Origin: Alphaproteobacteria bacterium
Lineage (GTDB): Bacteria; Pseudomonadota; Alphaproteobacteria; UBA828
Assembly: GCA_965220745.1 (NCBI GenBank)
Contig: CBDCQT010000006.1
Span: 79,730-143,729, forward strand
DNA: 64,000 nt
Direction: 5' to 3'
The notes under the pieces were generated by a model, which made no database searches, was not told where the DNA came from, and worked only from the letters and a program-made list of their open reading frames with translations. Below, in pieces: positions 48,801 to 57,590 of this stretch. The position numbers and the translations under genes are program-made. How positions within the stretch are numbered: the stretch's first letter is position 1; each line of letters opens with the position of its first letter.

Positions 48801-49538
48801 GGGGATCCGGAAGTGACATCGCGCGTGCTGCAAGAAGTGGGATCGGTGAAGCTGCAGATCGTGGCGCGCTCGCTCGGTGTCGATGGCAACGAGATTCCGT
48901 ACAGCTACGAGGTAGTCTCCGATGGCGGCATCGAGGTCAGCACGAACCGCGAGAACGGCTTCCTGGAAGATGGCAACACTCCGCCGGTGGTAGTCATCAA
49001 GGCTAGGGAGGCGGGCAAGCAGGGCAACGCGATCACCTACGCGGCACAGGGCACGGAAGTGCCGGACGACGATCCGAACACCCCGGACACGAACGAGCGC
49101 ACCGAGGCCGAGGTCTTCTTGACGCTCTCGGCGCGAGGCTCGCACCTGTGCTGCGGCAACGAGCCGATGTCCCTGATCACGCAGGACAATCCGCTGGTGC
49201 CGGGCGAGGAGATCATCGTCTTCGCCACCGGGCTCGGCCTGACCGACAACCAGGACGCGATCGCAACCGGCCAGCCGACCCCTGCCGGGACGTTGGCGAA
49301 GGTGCCGCTGGTGGCGGACGATTTCGTCTCCTCGCAGTTCGGAGGACGCACGGCCCAGGTGGAGTTCGTCGGCTTGATGGAGGGCACGGTCGGCGTCTAT
49401 CAGGTCAACCTGCTGACTAACACGGACCTGGCCGACAATCCGGCGACGCCGCTGTGGATCGCCCAGCAGTTGTTCATCAGCAACGTGATCACGCTGCCGG
49501 TGAAGAACCTGGTACCGCGCCCGCCGCCGGCCTTCTAG
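45834..49538 (+). CDS. Large secreted protein: NHL-repeat beta-propeller plus interrupted TIGR03437-type C-terminal domain
   Basis: Signal peptide; six VAD..NxR repeats with PDxVLGQxDF; PGTIASIFG, PLLMVSPTQINFQIP, PGEEIIVFATGLG, VGVYQVN. Confidence 0.82.
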   Translation: MSVERFKVRVLAALAGALALALALAPGQVPVQISASGPQWVNNHGARLIIGQKSFTRQDPISSREVLGAAQGVAYVGNRLFVADGNRLGARPVNNRILIYNNVDGFVPEPDLLLPQDSLCPACVGLPDIVLGQPDFDTTASSDLPDVAGLNNPSAVHSDGVVLAVADTNNNRVLLWNPIPAVNGAPPDVVLGQSDFSGFSPETSATGMRGPQGVWLDGGRLFVADTQNSRILIWNTIPTSNGQAPDLVLGQPDLDTRHEADLTQGVYDPDDKHLLDPVSVTVSQGRLFVADLGFNRIMIYHAVPTQSFASADVVIGQPDFASSEPNNAAALCDPIGPLDDDGSRSENETPPTNVPLVIPLPPQRPELDPDEVRYPRRCAGTLNFPRFALVVDERLFVADAGNDRILVYNQIPTAHGAKADLVIGQPNFVQLTESEGPGSIRSPAAMAYDGQNLFVADPFTRRVLVFTPGGDMIDLNGVRNSAAVSIRSRGHLEFDQNLPVDISDTPEDESRQAPVLPGGEEIKITLDGSELFYTTVEGETAENVRDKVVSMINADPNLAVTAAPGLGVGRHATGEIRFGGEARAGDEVTLDINGRKYSYVVPEGDIPERFVDRLNFLVDNADDPEVIVERRIDQIETLEIVHREVGPIGNSLPFSISITPGSPTTAEVTGPTLSRGTVSYRASLRAKREGPTGNWISVEVRNAGSELQTSTSGSRLTGGSDARDMPPGTIASIFGRDLASETASVWERTSLPARPEEGLPTDLAGVQVLANGRLAPLLMVSPTQINFQIPWELEGTGHSFYVRRAMPDGSVRVSAAKATQSVRAGPGLFAIEGPEPRHGIAVHATGVAEGSIAVTVPDRPRDDDPNNDATENRQLTQEGAEGRIVINGREYYYRSPGDESPEAMRDNFIELINAGDGDPDVIAEAGTRSFFSARADLEFEGEPKAGDTVSVTVRDRTYSYTLTEQDVADPEIALLIMRNILVRSINSGVGDPEVTSRVLQEVGSVKLQIVARSLGVDGNEIPYSYEVVSDGGIEVSTNRENGFLEDGNTPPVVVIKAREAGKQGNAITYAAQGTEVPDDDPNTPDTNERTEAEVFLTLSARGSHLCCGNEPMSLITQDNPLVPGEEIIVFATGLGLTDNQDAIATGQPTPAGTLAKVPLVADDFVSSQFGGRTAQVEFVGLMEGTVGVYQVNLLTNTDLADNPATPLWIAQQLFISNVITLPVKNLVPRPPPAF

Positions 49539-49584
49539 CAGCCAGGCAGCGGCGCGATCATATGCGTCGGGCTCCGTCCCGGGA

Positions 49585-52500
49585 TCAGAAGACGAGCCGC
49601 AGGCCGAGCTGGCCCTGGAACTGACCGCTGGGGATGACGCCCCGCGCCTGGTTGGCGCTGGACGAGCGCTGGTTGCCGTTGAAGTTCACGAGGTTGGCCC
49701 GGTTGCCGACGTTGTACATCTCCCACATCACGTCCGCCCTGATGTCCTCGCTGATGACGAACTTCTTCGTCAGCCGCAGGTCCCACCGGAAGAAGTTTCC
49801 GCCACGGCCTGCCCAGGCGCCGACTCCCGCCGGACGGTCGTTGCGCAGGAAGTCGAAGTTGTCGTCGTTGCCGGTCGTGATGTCGTAGGGCGGCGCGCTG
49901 TTGGCTGTGAGGATCGACGACAGCTGTACGTCGCGGGGCAGCCGGTAGATGAAGTTGCCCGTGAAACGGTGCCGGACGTCGTTCTCGGTCGGGCCGAAAT
50001 TGGCCTCGCCGTGCTTGATGTGCGGCGAGGTCCAGTCGAAGTCTCTCGCCGAGCCGAGCGTGTAGCCGGCCAGAAAGCCGAAGTCCCGCGCGAGGCGCTT
50101 CTCGAGCCGGAAACTCAAGCTGTTGATGTGCAGCCGGTTGGTGAAGTCGGCGACCTGGATCCGCAGGCAGCCCGCGCTGTTGGAACTCAGGTTGGCCGCC
50201 GTTGCCGGCAGCCCCAACTGGGCAACGATCTGGCGGGCGAACGGGCACACCCGCTCCGACGCCGCTGTGGCCCCTGGCAGCGGCGCGTTCGGCTCCCATG
50301 GGGTCGACAGGCCCGATCCCCAGTCGTAGTTCAGGCCCAGTATGTGCACGAAGTCGACCGAAGCGGCCAGGTCCCGCTTGATCCCGTACTGGAAGCCCGC
50401 GTGGGACTGCTGGGTGTAGGGCGTGTTCATCCGCGGCGAAGGCGCATCGGGTGTCCCGCCGACGCTGGCGCCTCCCGGCAGCAGCGACGTCGCGGTCCGG
50501 TTCGGGAAGCTCCCTTCGATGAGCGCCCTCTGCGCCGCATTCGAGGCGTCCAGCTGCGTTCCGGAAATCAACAGCCCGTTGTAGCTCAGGACCCGGCTGC
50601 GGAGCGTGCTCGTGTTGACCCGGTCGTGGAAGACGCCATAGCTGGCCCGGGCCACCGCGTGACCCTTTCCGGTCAAGTCCCAGGAGAAACCGAACCGCGG
50701 CGACAGGTCCAGTGCATCCTCCACCCCCGGACGCCAGTCCCTCACCGGCAAGGCGCCACGCTCGCCCAGCGCCACCGCAACCCAGACATCCTCCGGCCGG
50801 TCCCGCGAGAAACCCGGCTGTTCGAACGCGTCCGGTCCGCCGATAGACGCCACGCCGTCCACATCCAGATAGGTCCGCTTGTCCCAGCGCAGCCCCATGT
50901 TGATCGTGAAGCGTGGCGTCACGCGCCACGCGTCGTTGATGAACGCGGCGTAGGAGGCCACGTCTCGGCGGATGCTGATGAACTGCGGCTGCGTTGAACT
51001 GCCGTTCTCGAACGGCAGGTTGAAGTTCGCCGTGTAGCGGTCCGGCAGCGTCGCCGTATCGGATGGGAACCGGTAGACCCCCTGGAAATCCACGTTCGCG
51101 TCGGCCGTGGCCAGGACCCGGTTCGATTCCCCGCCCCACTTCAACGAGTGGTTGCCCCGCTCCCAGCTCATCGTGTCAGAGAAGATCCAGTTCGCTTGGA
51201 CCCGGCCCTGCGGGACGTCGCCAGCCGTTCCGAGGTCGACCGAGGGAAAGTCCAGCGTCGGCAGGAACCGTCCGCTCGCACGGGCCTGCAAGTCTCGGAA
51301 CAGCCGCTGGATCGAGCGGTTCGCCCGGAATTCGTTGACGATTCTGCTGCCGATGAGCGACGTCAGGCTCGCCGTTGCGTAATAGGAGCTGCGCACGTCG
51401 TCGAACCCGTGATCGGCTCCGATGGCCTGCCCGGTCCGCTTGTTGGTGAACTCTCGGTCGTCGTACAGGTACATGACGTTCAATGTGTGCCGCGGATGCA
51501 GGTTGAGCGTGAACTTGCCCAGCGCGTTCCGCTCGTCCAGCGACAGCGGCAGCGCCCCGGACGTGTCGTAGCCAGCGTTCAGGGAATCCACGAACGCCTT
51601 CACTGAGTCTGGAATCGTTACGTGCGTGCTGTTCTCGTCCGTGCGGCGTTCGATCGATCCGAAGTAGAACGCCTTGTGCCGCACGAACGGGCCGCCAACA
51701 GTGACGCCGTACTGCTGCGTCCGGAACGGCGGCGGGTTGGCGTCCGGCACTGCTTCGCCGCGGACCACCCGGAAGGGATCCTTGTCGAAGGCGTCGTCGC
51801 CGATGAAGTAAAAGCCGCTGCCGTGGATGTCGTTGCCTCCCGACTTCACCACGACATTGATCGCCCCCGAGCCGGTCCGGCCGAACTCGGCCGAATAGCC
51901 CGCCGACAACACCTGGAACTCCTGGATCGCTTCCTGCCCCAATCGCGTCCGGGTCGCCTCGGAAAGGTCCGAACCGCCCATCGTTACCTCGTCGTTGAAG
52001 TCCACGCCTTCCAGCCACACCGACTTGTTCCGTTCGTCCATGCCGTAGAAGCTGACGGAATCGCTGTTGCCGCTGCTGGCTGAGCTCTGGTCCACGGTCA
52101 CGCCCGGCGACAGCAGCATCAGATCCATGAAGTCGCGGCTCTTGGTCGGCAGTTCCTGCACTCGCTGGTTGGCCACCACAACCTGGATCGTGTTCTCCGT
52201 CGGCTGCACCAGCGGCACTGCCCCGGTCACCGTGATCGAATCGGAGGCCGGCCCCACATCCAGCTCGAAATCGACTTTCGTCGTGCCGCCCACGGCCAGC
52301 GCCACCGACGGCCGCGTCACGGTCTGAAAGCCGGGAAACTCCACCGTCACGGAGTAGTTGGACGGAGGCAGTCCCGAGAACCGGAACGCTCCCGCGTCGT
52401 TGGTCAACGTCTCCCGCGTCGCGCCGGTCGCGTTGTTACTCACGCTCACGGTTGCTCCCGGCACGAACCCTCCCGATACGTCCGCCACGTCGCCTAGGAT

Positions 52501-52596
52501 CGACCCCGATGTGGACTGCGCAGTTGCCGAAGGCATCGCCAACGGGACAACGCACAATACCGTAGCCATGCGTATCCGTTGTCCTAGCCTATTCAA
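49585..52596 (-). CDS. TonB-dependent receptor (Oar-like)
   Basis: GDVADVSGGFVPGA, AIQEFQV..YSAEFGR, KSGGNDIHGS, C-terminal QLGLRLVF. Confidence 0.9.
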   Translation of the reverse strand: MNRLGQRIRMATVLCVVPLAMPSATAQSTSGSILGDVADVSGGFVPGATVSVSNNATGATRETLTNDAGAFRFSGLPPSNYSVTVEFPGFQTVTRPSVALAVGGTTKVDFELDVGPASDSITVTGAVPLVQPTENTIQVVVANQRVQELPTKSRDFMDLMLLSPGVTVDQSSASSGNSDSVSFYGMDERNKSVWLEGVDFNDEVTMGGSDLSEATRTRLGQEAIQEFQVLSAGYSAEFGRTGSGAINVVVKSGGNDIHGSGFYFIGDDAFDKDPFRVVRGEAVPDANPPPFRTQQYGVTVGGPFVRHKAFYFGSIERRTDENSTHVTIPDSVKAFVDSLNAGYDTSGALPLSLDERNALGKFTLNLHPRHTLNVMYLYDDREFTNKRTGQAIGADHGFDDVRSSYYATASLTSLIGSRIVNEFRANRSIQRLFRDLQARASGRFLPTLDFPSVDLGTAGDVPQGRVQANWIFSDTMSWERGNHSLKWGGESNRVLATADANVDFQGVYRFPSDTATLPDRYTANFNLPFENGSSTQPQFISIRRDVASYAAFINDAWRVTPRFTINMGLRWDKRTYLDVDGVASIGGPDAFEQPGFSRDRPEDVWVAVALGERGALPVRDWRPGVEDALDLSPRFGFSWDLTGKGHAVARASYGVFHDRVNTSTLRSRVLSYNGLLISGTQLDASNAAQRALIEGSFPNRTATSLLPGGASVGGTPDAPSPRMNTPYTQQSHAGFQYGIKRDLAASVDFVHILGLNYDWGSGLSTPWEPNAPLPGATAASERVCPFARQIVAQLGLPATAANLSSNSAGCLRIQVADFTNRLHINSLSFRLEKRLARDFGFLAGYTLGSARDFDWTSPHIKHGEANFGPTENDVRHRFTGNFIYRLPRDVQLSSILTANSAPPYDITTGNDDNFDFLRNDRPAGVGAWAGRGGNFFRWDLRLTKKFVISEDIRADVMWEMYNVGNRANLVNFNGNQRSSSANQARGVIPSGQFQGQLGLRLVF

Positions 52597-52901
52597 ATGT
52601 ATTCAACTCCATTAGCTAACGTTGCGAGCATAGCACTCCGGTCCAACGATCTGTGTCGGCCGCGTCCGCTGTCCGCGATCAGCTTGTCGCTGTGCTCCCG
52701 GATCCGTCTCGTCGACGCCGCGCTGCGTTGGAGGGCCGCGGGCAGACTGCCGAAACAGCCGATCAGCGGCATATCATCTGTCAGGATCGCCTTCTCGATT
52801 CGGGCAAATTCCCGGAGGGTCGAAGGGACGCGGCCTCGAATGCAGAAACGGCGGCCGGTCGGGGCCTGCGAGGCTGGCCTAGAAGCGAACGGGAGCTCTG
52901 C

Positions 52902-54338
52902 CTAGATGTGCCACTCGATGCGATCGCGGTTGAACCGGGTGCGCACCTTGCGGGCGCCTTCGCGCGGCTCGGCCTTGTCCCGCGCCCAGTCTTGGAAGGC
53001 TTCTTCCAGCTCCTCGGCGACCGCTGGGTGGTCAGACGAAAGATCCTTCGATTCCGCAGGGTCTTTGTCCACATCGTACAGGCGCGTCAGGCCTCCGGCC
53101 ATCAGCAGCTTCCAGGAGCCGCGCCGCACGGCGGCGTTCGGACCCGACCGCCAGACTAGGTGCTCGTGAGGCGCGCCGGCTGCCGCCCCCTCGAGGAATG
53201 GCAGCAGATCCACGCCGTCGAGCGCCGGCGGGGCGGAGGTGCCGGCGGCCGCCAACGCAGTGGGGACGATGTCCAGCGAGCTGACCGGATGCTCGAATCG
53301 GACTCCGGCGCCGAGCCGCCGGGGCCATTGCAAGACGTACGGCACGCGGATGCCGCCTTCGTACAAATTGCGCTTGTGCCCGATCAGAGGGTGGTTGCGC
53401 CTGCCGTCCACATCGCTTTGCTCGGCCGCGCCGTTGTCGCTGATGAAGACTACGAGGGTGTTCTCCTCCAGGCCGTGCTCGCGCAACTTGGCCAGCACGG
53501 CCCCGACCCAGTCGTCGAGCGCGCTGATCATCGCCGCATAGATCCGCGCCGTCTCGTTTTCGATCTCGGGAAAGCGACTGTAGTATTTGTCGATCGTCTG
53601 GATCGGGCCGTGCGGAGCGTGGAACGCAAGGTAGAGGAAGAACGGCTCGTCTTTGTGAGCCTCGACGAACTCGACTCCGGCGCGTCCCAGCCGATCCGTC
53701 AAGTACTGCTCGAAGGGGAGAGGATCCCTTCCTAGGAACAATGAGCGCGCCCGCCCGGATCCATCTGGCGCGCCAGCGTCCTCGTGGCCGGGCGCGATCC
53801 TGGCGTTCGGCCAGTCCGAATCGACGAAGCGCGAGCCGGACGGCATGCCGAGGAAGTAGTCGAAGCCGCGGTCCAGCGGGTGATACCCGTCGGACATGCC
53901 AAGCTGCCATTTGCCTACCGCCCCGGTGGCGTAGCCGGCCTGCTTCAGAGCTGTTGCCAGCGACGTCTCGCTCTTGGGCAGCGACTTGGGGGGGGCGTTG
54001 ACGGGCGGCACGGTCTGGGAGTTGAGTTCCTTGCCCCAGCGTTGCTGGTAGCGCCCGCTAAGCAGAGCGGGCCGCGAGGGGTTGCAAACCGGCGCCGTGA
54101 CATAGCCCGATGTGAAGCCGACGCCGTTGGCTGCGATGGAGTCGATGTTCGGAGTCGGGATGTCGCCGCCATACCACGAGACGCTGCCGTAGCCGAGGTC
54201 ATCGGCGAACAACACGACGATGTTGGGAGGTCGCTCCGGTGCAGCAGCTTCGGGGGGCGCGCAGCCCCACGCCGAGAGCGCCACCGCCAGCGCTGCCGCG
54301 ACAACCGCAGTCGTTTCGGCGTTGCGTTCCGTGAGCAC
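52902..54338 (-). CDS. Sulfatase (arylsulfatase-like), probable lipoprotein
   Basis: AWGC lipobox-like, PNIVVLFADDLGY, CNPSR, GKW, FISDNG, YEGGIRVP; start estimated at GTG 54338. Confidence 0.9.
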   Translation of the reverse strand: MLTERNAETTAVVAAALAVALSAWGCAPPEAAAPERPPNIVVLFADDLGYGSVSWYGGDIPTPNIDSIAANGVGFTSGYVTAPVCNPSRPALLSGRYQQRWGKELNSQTVPPVNAPPKSLPKSETSLATALKQAGYATGAVGKWQLGMSDGYHPLDRGFDYFLGMPSGSRFVDSDWPNARIAPGHEDAGAPDGSGRARSLFLGRDPLPFEQYLTDRLGRAGVEFVEAHKDEPFFLYLAFHAPHGPIQTIDKYYSRFPEIENETARIYAAMISALDDWVGAVLAKLREHGLEENTLVVFISDNGAAEQSDVDGRRNHPLIGHKRNLYEGGIRVPYVLQWPRRLGAGVRFEHPVSSLDIVPTALAAAGTSAPPALDGVDLLPFLEGAAAGAPHEHLVWRSGPNAAVRRGSWKLLMAGGLTRLYDVDKDPAESKDLSSDHPAVAEELEEAFQDWARDKAEPREGARKVRTRFNRDRIEWHI

Positions 54339-54578
54339 GGCTGAGCTATGGTAGCGCACGCCGCCCGCGTCCGCAGTGGGATTCGGCGGGCGGAACCAAT
54401 CGCGCGGCCGAATCGGCGATACCCAGCGGTTTGCGGTCCCGCGAGCAGCTCGCTCCACCGCACGAAAGCGGCCGGAGGCGGTACACTTGCGGGTGCGGGC
54501 GCGCCGCGGCGTTGAGCTTGGTCCCGGACTTGAGGGATCGGTGCGCCGGATGCCATCTCCGTTGGGGAGCAGTCGGAA

Positions 54579-57500
54579 ATGACTATGCGCTCGATAGCAG
54601 CACTTCTACTTGCTTGTGCAGTCGGTCCGGCGGCCGAGCGCGTCGAGTTCAATCGCGATGTGCGGCCGATTCTCTCGGAGAACTGTTTCGCGTGCCACGG
54701 CCCCGACGGCAATGCCAGGCAGGCCGATCTGCGCCTGGACCGGCGCGAGGACGCCATGGCGCGAGGGGTGCTCCAGCCGGGCGACGCTTCGGCCAGTCGG
54801 CTGGTTCAGCGAATCCACCAAGAGAATCTGGCGTTGGTGATGCCCCCGGTGGCGACAGACAAGAAGCTCACTGGCGAGCAAAAGGAAACCCTTTCAGAAT
54901 GGATCGCCCAAGGCGCGGAATATCAGGAACATTGGGCGTACCTGAAGCCGCAGCGTCCCTCCGCCCCGCCGGGGCCGCCGGGAATCGATCACCTCGTCAA
55001 CCTCCGGCTAGAGGAGCGCGGCCTGCGGCCCGTCGCCGAGGCCGGGCGGCGGACGCTGGCCAGGCGGCTCAGCTTCGACCTCACCGGCCTGCCGCCTGAC
55101 CCGTCCTGGGTGGACACCTTCGTGGACGACGCGGCTCCCGATGCGTACGAGCGGCTGCTGGACACTTTGCTCGATTCCCCGCATTACGGCGAGCGGATGG
55201 CAGTCCATTGGCTGGACTTGGTGCGCTACGCGGACACGGTTGGCTATCACGGGGACACGGCCGTGAACGTGTATCCGTTCCGCGACTACATCGTGCGCTC
55301 GTTCAACGCGAACAAGCCGTTCGATGAGATGACGCTGGAGCAGCTTGCGGGTGATCTGCTGGAAGAGCCCACGCCCTGGCAGCTCGTGGCCAGCGGGTAC
55401 AACCGCCTGAGCCGCATGACCAACGAGGGGGGCTCGCAGGCCAAGGAGTACTTGGCCAAGTACGCATCCGACAGGGTCCGCAACATCTCTACCGTCTGGC
55501 TGGGGTCGACGCTGGGCTGTGCCGAGTGCCACGACCATAAGTTCGACCCGTTCTTGGCCAAGGATTTCTACTCGATGGCCGCCTTCTTCGCCGACATCGA
55601 GGAAGAGGGCGTGTTCTCGGGCAACGGCAACTGGGGGGCGAGCGTCCGCGTGCTGGGGCCCGACGCCCGCCGCGAGATGGACCGGGTCGAACAGCGGCTG
55701 GCGGAGCTGAAGCCGGACGCCGGCCCTCCGCCTGAGGTCTCGGAGCGAGCCTTGGGAGAGTTCGCCGCCTACCTCCGCGAGGATCTCTTGCGCTGGAAGG
55801 TGCTCGATCCTGAGCGTGTCTGGGCAGACTGCGCGCACCCCGACTTCGACCAGTGCGGGCGCTTCGCGCTAGAGGAAGAGGCGGACGGGGTCGTGCGCGT
55901 CACGCTCTCCGGAGACAAGAAGCCCAGCAAGTCCATCCACCGCGCCGAGATTGCCCTCTCGCCGGGGACGTTGACCGCGGTGGCCTTGGAGCTGTACCCG
56001 ACCGGAGACTACAGCTCCTTCCACTTGAGCGAATTCGAAGTACGGCTGCTCGGGCGCGAGCGCTGGCCCGTGAGGGTCTCGCTTGCCGGCTTGCTCCCGG
56101 ATCGCGAAGAGCCGGGCTCGATGCTGCGCGACACGCTGGACGACAACTACCACACCGGCTGGAGCGGCAAGTGGGCGGACGACTCTTCCCGGACCGCCCT
56201 GTTCGTGTTCGAAGCGCCGCTGCAGACGCGGGCCGGCGAGCGCTTGCAAGTCACGCTGATCGGATACCAACAGGGCGGGCTGGGCCTGCCGTCGCGGTTC
56301 CGCCTGCTGGGGACGGACGCGGCGTTTCCCGAACAGCCCGCGACCGGGACCTTGCGCTCGGCCGTGCTGGCCGACGGGGAGCTCAGCGACCCGCAGCGGG
56401 CGGCCCTGCTGGAGGCCTACAACAGCTTCGGCGCGTTTCGGCCGGGCTGGCGGGAGATCCGCGCCTTGGAGCGCAGCAAGAAGGTGCTGCTGGACGGCGC
56501 GGGCGAGTCGCTCGTGGCCAAGGCCGTCGACGAGCCGCGCCCGCTGCGGATCCTTCCGCGCGGGAACTGGATGGACGACTCCGGCGAGGAGGTCCGGCCG
56601 CAGGTGCCGCAGTTCCTGGGCCCGCTTGCCTCGGATGGCCGCCGGTTGAACCGCTTGGACCTGGCTCGCTGGGTGACGGATCCTGACAATCCGCTCACCG
56701 CCCGCGTGTTCGTCAACCGCCTGTGGAAGATGTTCTTCGGCACGGGCCTGTCAAAGGTTCTGGACGACCTCGGGTCGCAGGGCGAGCCGCCGGCGAACCA
56801 AGAGCTGCTCGACTGGCTGGCCGTCGAGTTCGTGGAGAGCGGCTGGGACGTGCGCCACATCGTCAAGACGATGCTGCTCTCCGACGCCTATCGGCGTTCG
56901 AGCGAGCCCTCCGACGAGCTTCTCGCCGAGGACCCGTACAACCGCCTGCACGGGCGCCAGACCATGTCGCGGCTGGATGCCGAGTTCGTGCGGGACAACG
57001 CCCTCGCCGTGAGCGGCCTGCTCAGCCGCGCCATGGGCGGCCCGAGTGTCAAGCCGTACCAGCCGGAGGGGTATTACAAGGAGCTCAACTTTCCCAAGCG
57101 CGTGTACGAAGCGGACTTCAACACCAACCAGTTCCGGCGCGGCCTCTACACCCACTGGCAGCGGCAATACCTGCATCCCGCGCTGATGGCCTTTGACGCG
57201 CCGGCGCGCGAGGAGTGCGCCGCCGAGCGCGGCGTGTCCAACACGCCGCTGCAGTCGCTGGTGCTGCTGAACGACCCCAGCTACGTCGAAGCCGCCCGGG
57301 CGTTCGCGTCCAGGATCGTGCGCGATGGCGGCAGGAGCGTCGCCAAGCGGATCGATTTCGCCTTTCGCGAGGCCTTTTCACGGCCGCCTCTGGCCGCCGA
57401 GCGCGCCGTCCTGCTCGGCCTGCTGGAGCGGCATCGCAAGCAGTTCCGGGCGGATCCCGATAGCGCCGAGCAGCTGCTCGCGACCGGCATTTCGCGACTT

Positions 57501-57590
57501 CCCGCCGGAGTCTCGGTGCCGGAACTGGCGGCGTGGACGAGTGTGGCGCGGGCGCTGTACAACAAGCACGAGTTCCTGATGCGGTACTGA
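54579..57590 (+). CDS. PSD1/planctomycete cytochrome c domain protein (DUF1549/DUF1553)
   Basis: FNRDVRPILSENCFACHGPD, WLDLVRYADT, CAECHDHKFDP, NPLTARVFVNRLW, NTPLQSLVLLND. Confidence 0.92.
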   Translation: MTMRSIAALLLACAVGPAAERVEFNRDVRPILSENCFACHGPDGNARQADLRLDRREDAMARGVLQPGDASASRLVQRIHQENLALVMPPVATDKKLTGEQKETLSEWIAQGAEYQEHWAYLKPQRPSAPPGPPGIDHLVNLRLEERGLRPVAEAGRRTLARRLSFDLTGLPPDPSWVDTFVDDAAPDAYERLLDTLLDSPHYGERMAVHWLDLVRYADTVGYHGDTAVNVYPFRDYIVRSFNANKPFDEMTLEQLAGDLLEEPTPWQLVASGYNRLSRMTNEGGSQAKEYLAKYASDRVRNISTVWLGSTLGCAECHDHKFDPFLAKDFYSMAAFFADIEEEGVFSGNGNWGASVRVLGPDARREMDRVEQRLAELKPDAGPPPEVSERALGEFAAYLREDLLRWKVLDPERVWADCAHPDFDQCGRFALEEEADGVVRVTLSGDKKPSKSIHRAEIALSPGTLTAVALELYPTGDYSSFHLSEFEVRLLGRERWPVRVSLAGLLPDREEPGSMLRDTLDDNYHTGWSGKWADDSSRTALFVFEAPLQTRAGERLQVTLIGYQQGGLGLPSRFRLLGTDAAFPEQPATGTLRSAVLADGELSDPQRAALLEAYNSFGAFRPGWREIRALERSKKVLLDGAGESLVAKAVDEPRPLRILPRGNWMDDSGEEVRPQVPQFLGPLASDGRRLNRLDLARWVTDPDNPLTARVFVNRLWKMFFGTGLSKVLDDLGSQGEPPANQELLDWLAVEFVESGWDVRHIVKTMLLSDAYRRSSEPSDELLAEDPYNRLHGRQTMSRLDAEFVRDNALAVSGLLSRAMGGPSVKPYQPEGYYKELNFPKRVYEADFNTNQFRRGLYTHWQRQYLHPALMAFDAPAREECAAERGVSNTPLQSLVLLNDPSYVEAARAFASRIVRDGGRSVAKRIDFAFREAFSRPPLAAERAVLLGLLERHRKQFRADPDSAEQLLATGISRLPAGVSVPELAAWTSVARALYNKHEFLMRY

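Noticed and set aside
45768-49145. 1125-aa minus-strand ORF (likewise 59297-61660, 57378-59243, 22761-24068, 6541-7770)
   Set aside because: Shadow or alternate-frame ORFs of GC-rich genes with no recognisable motifs.
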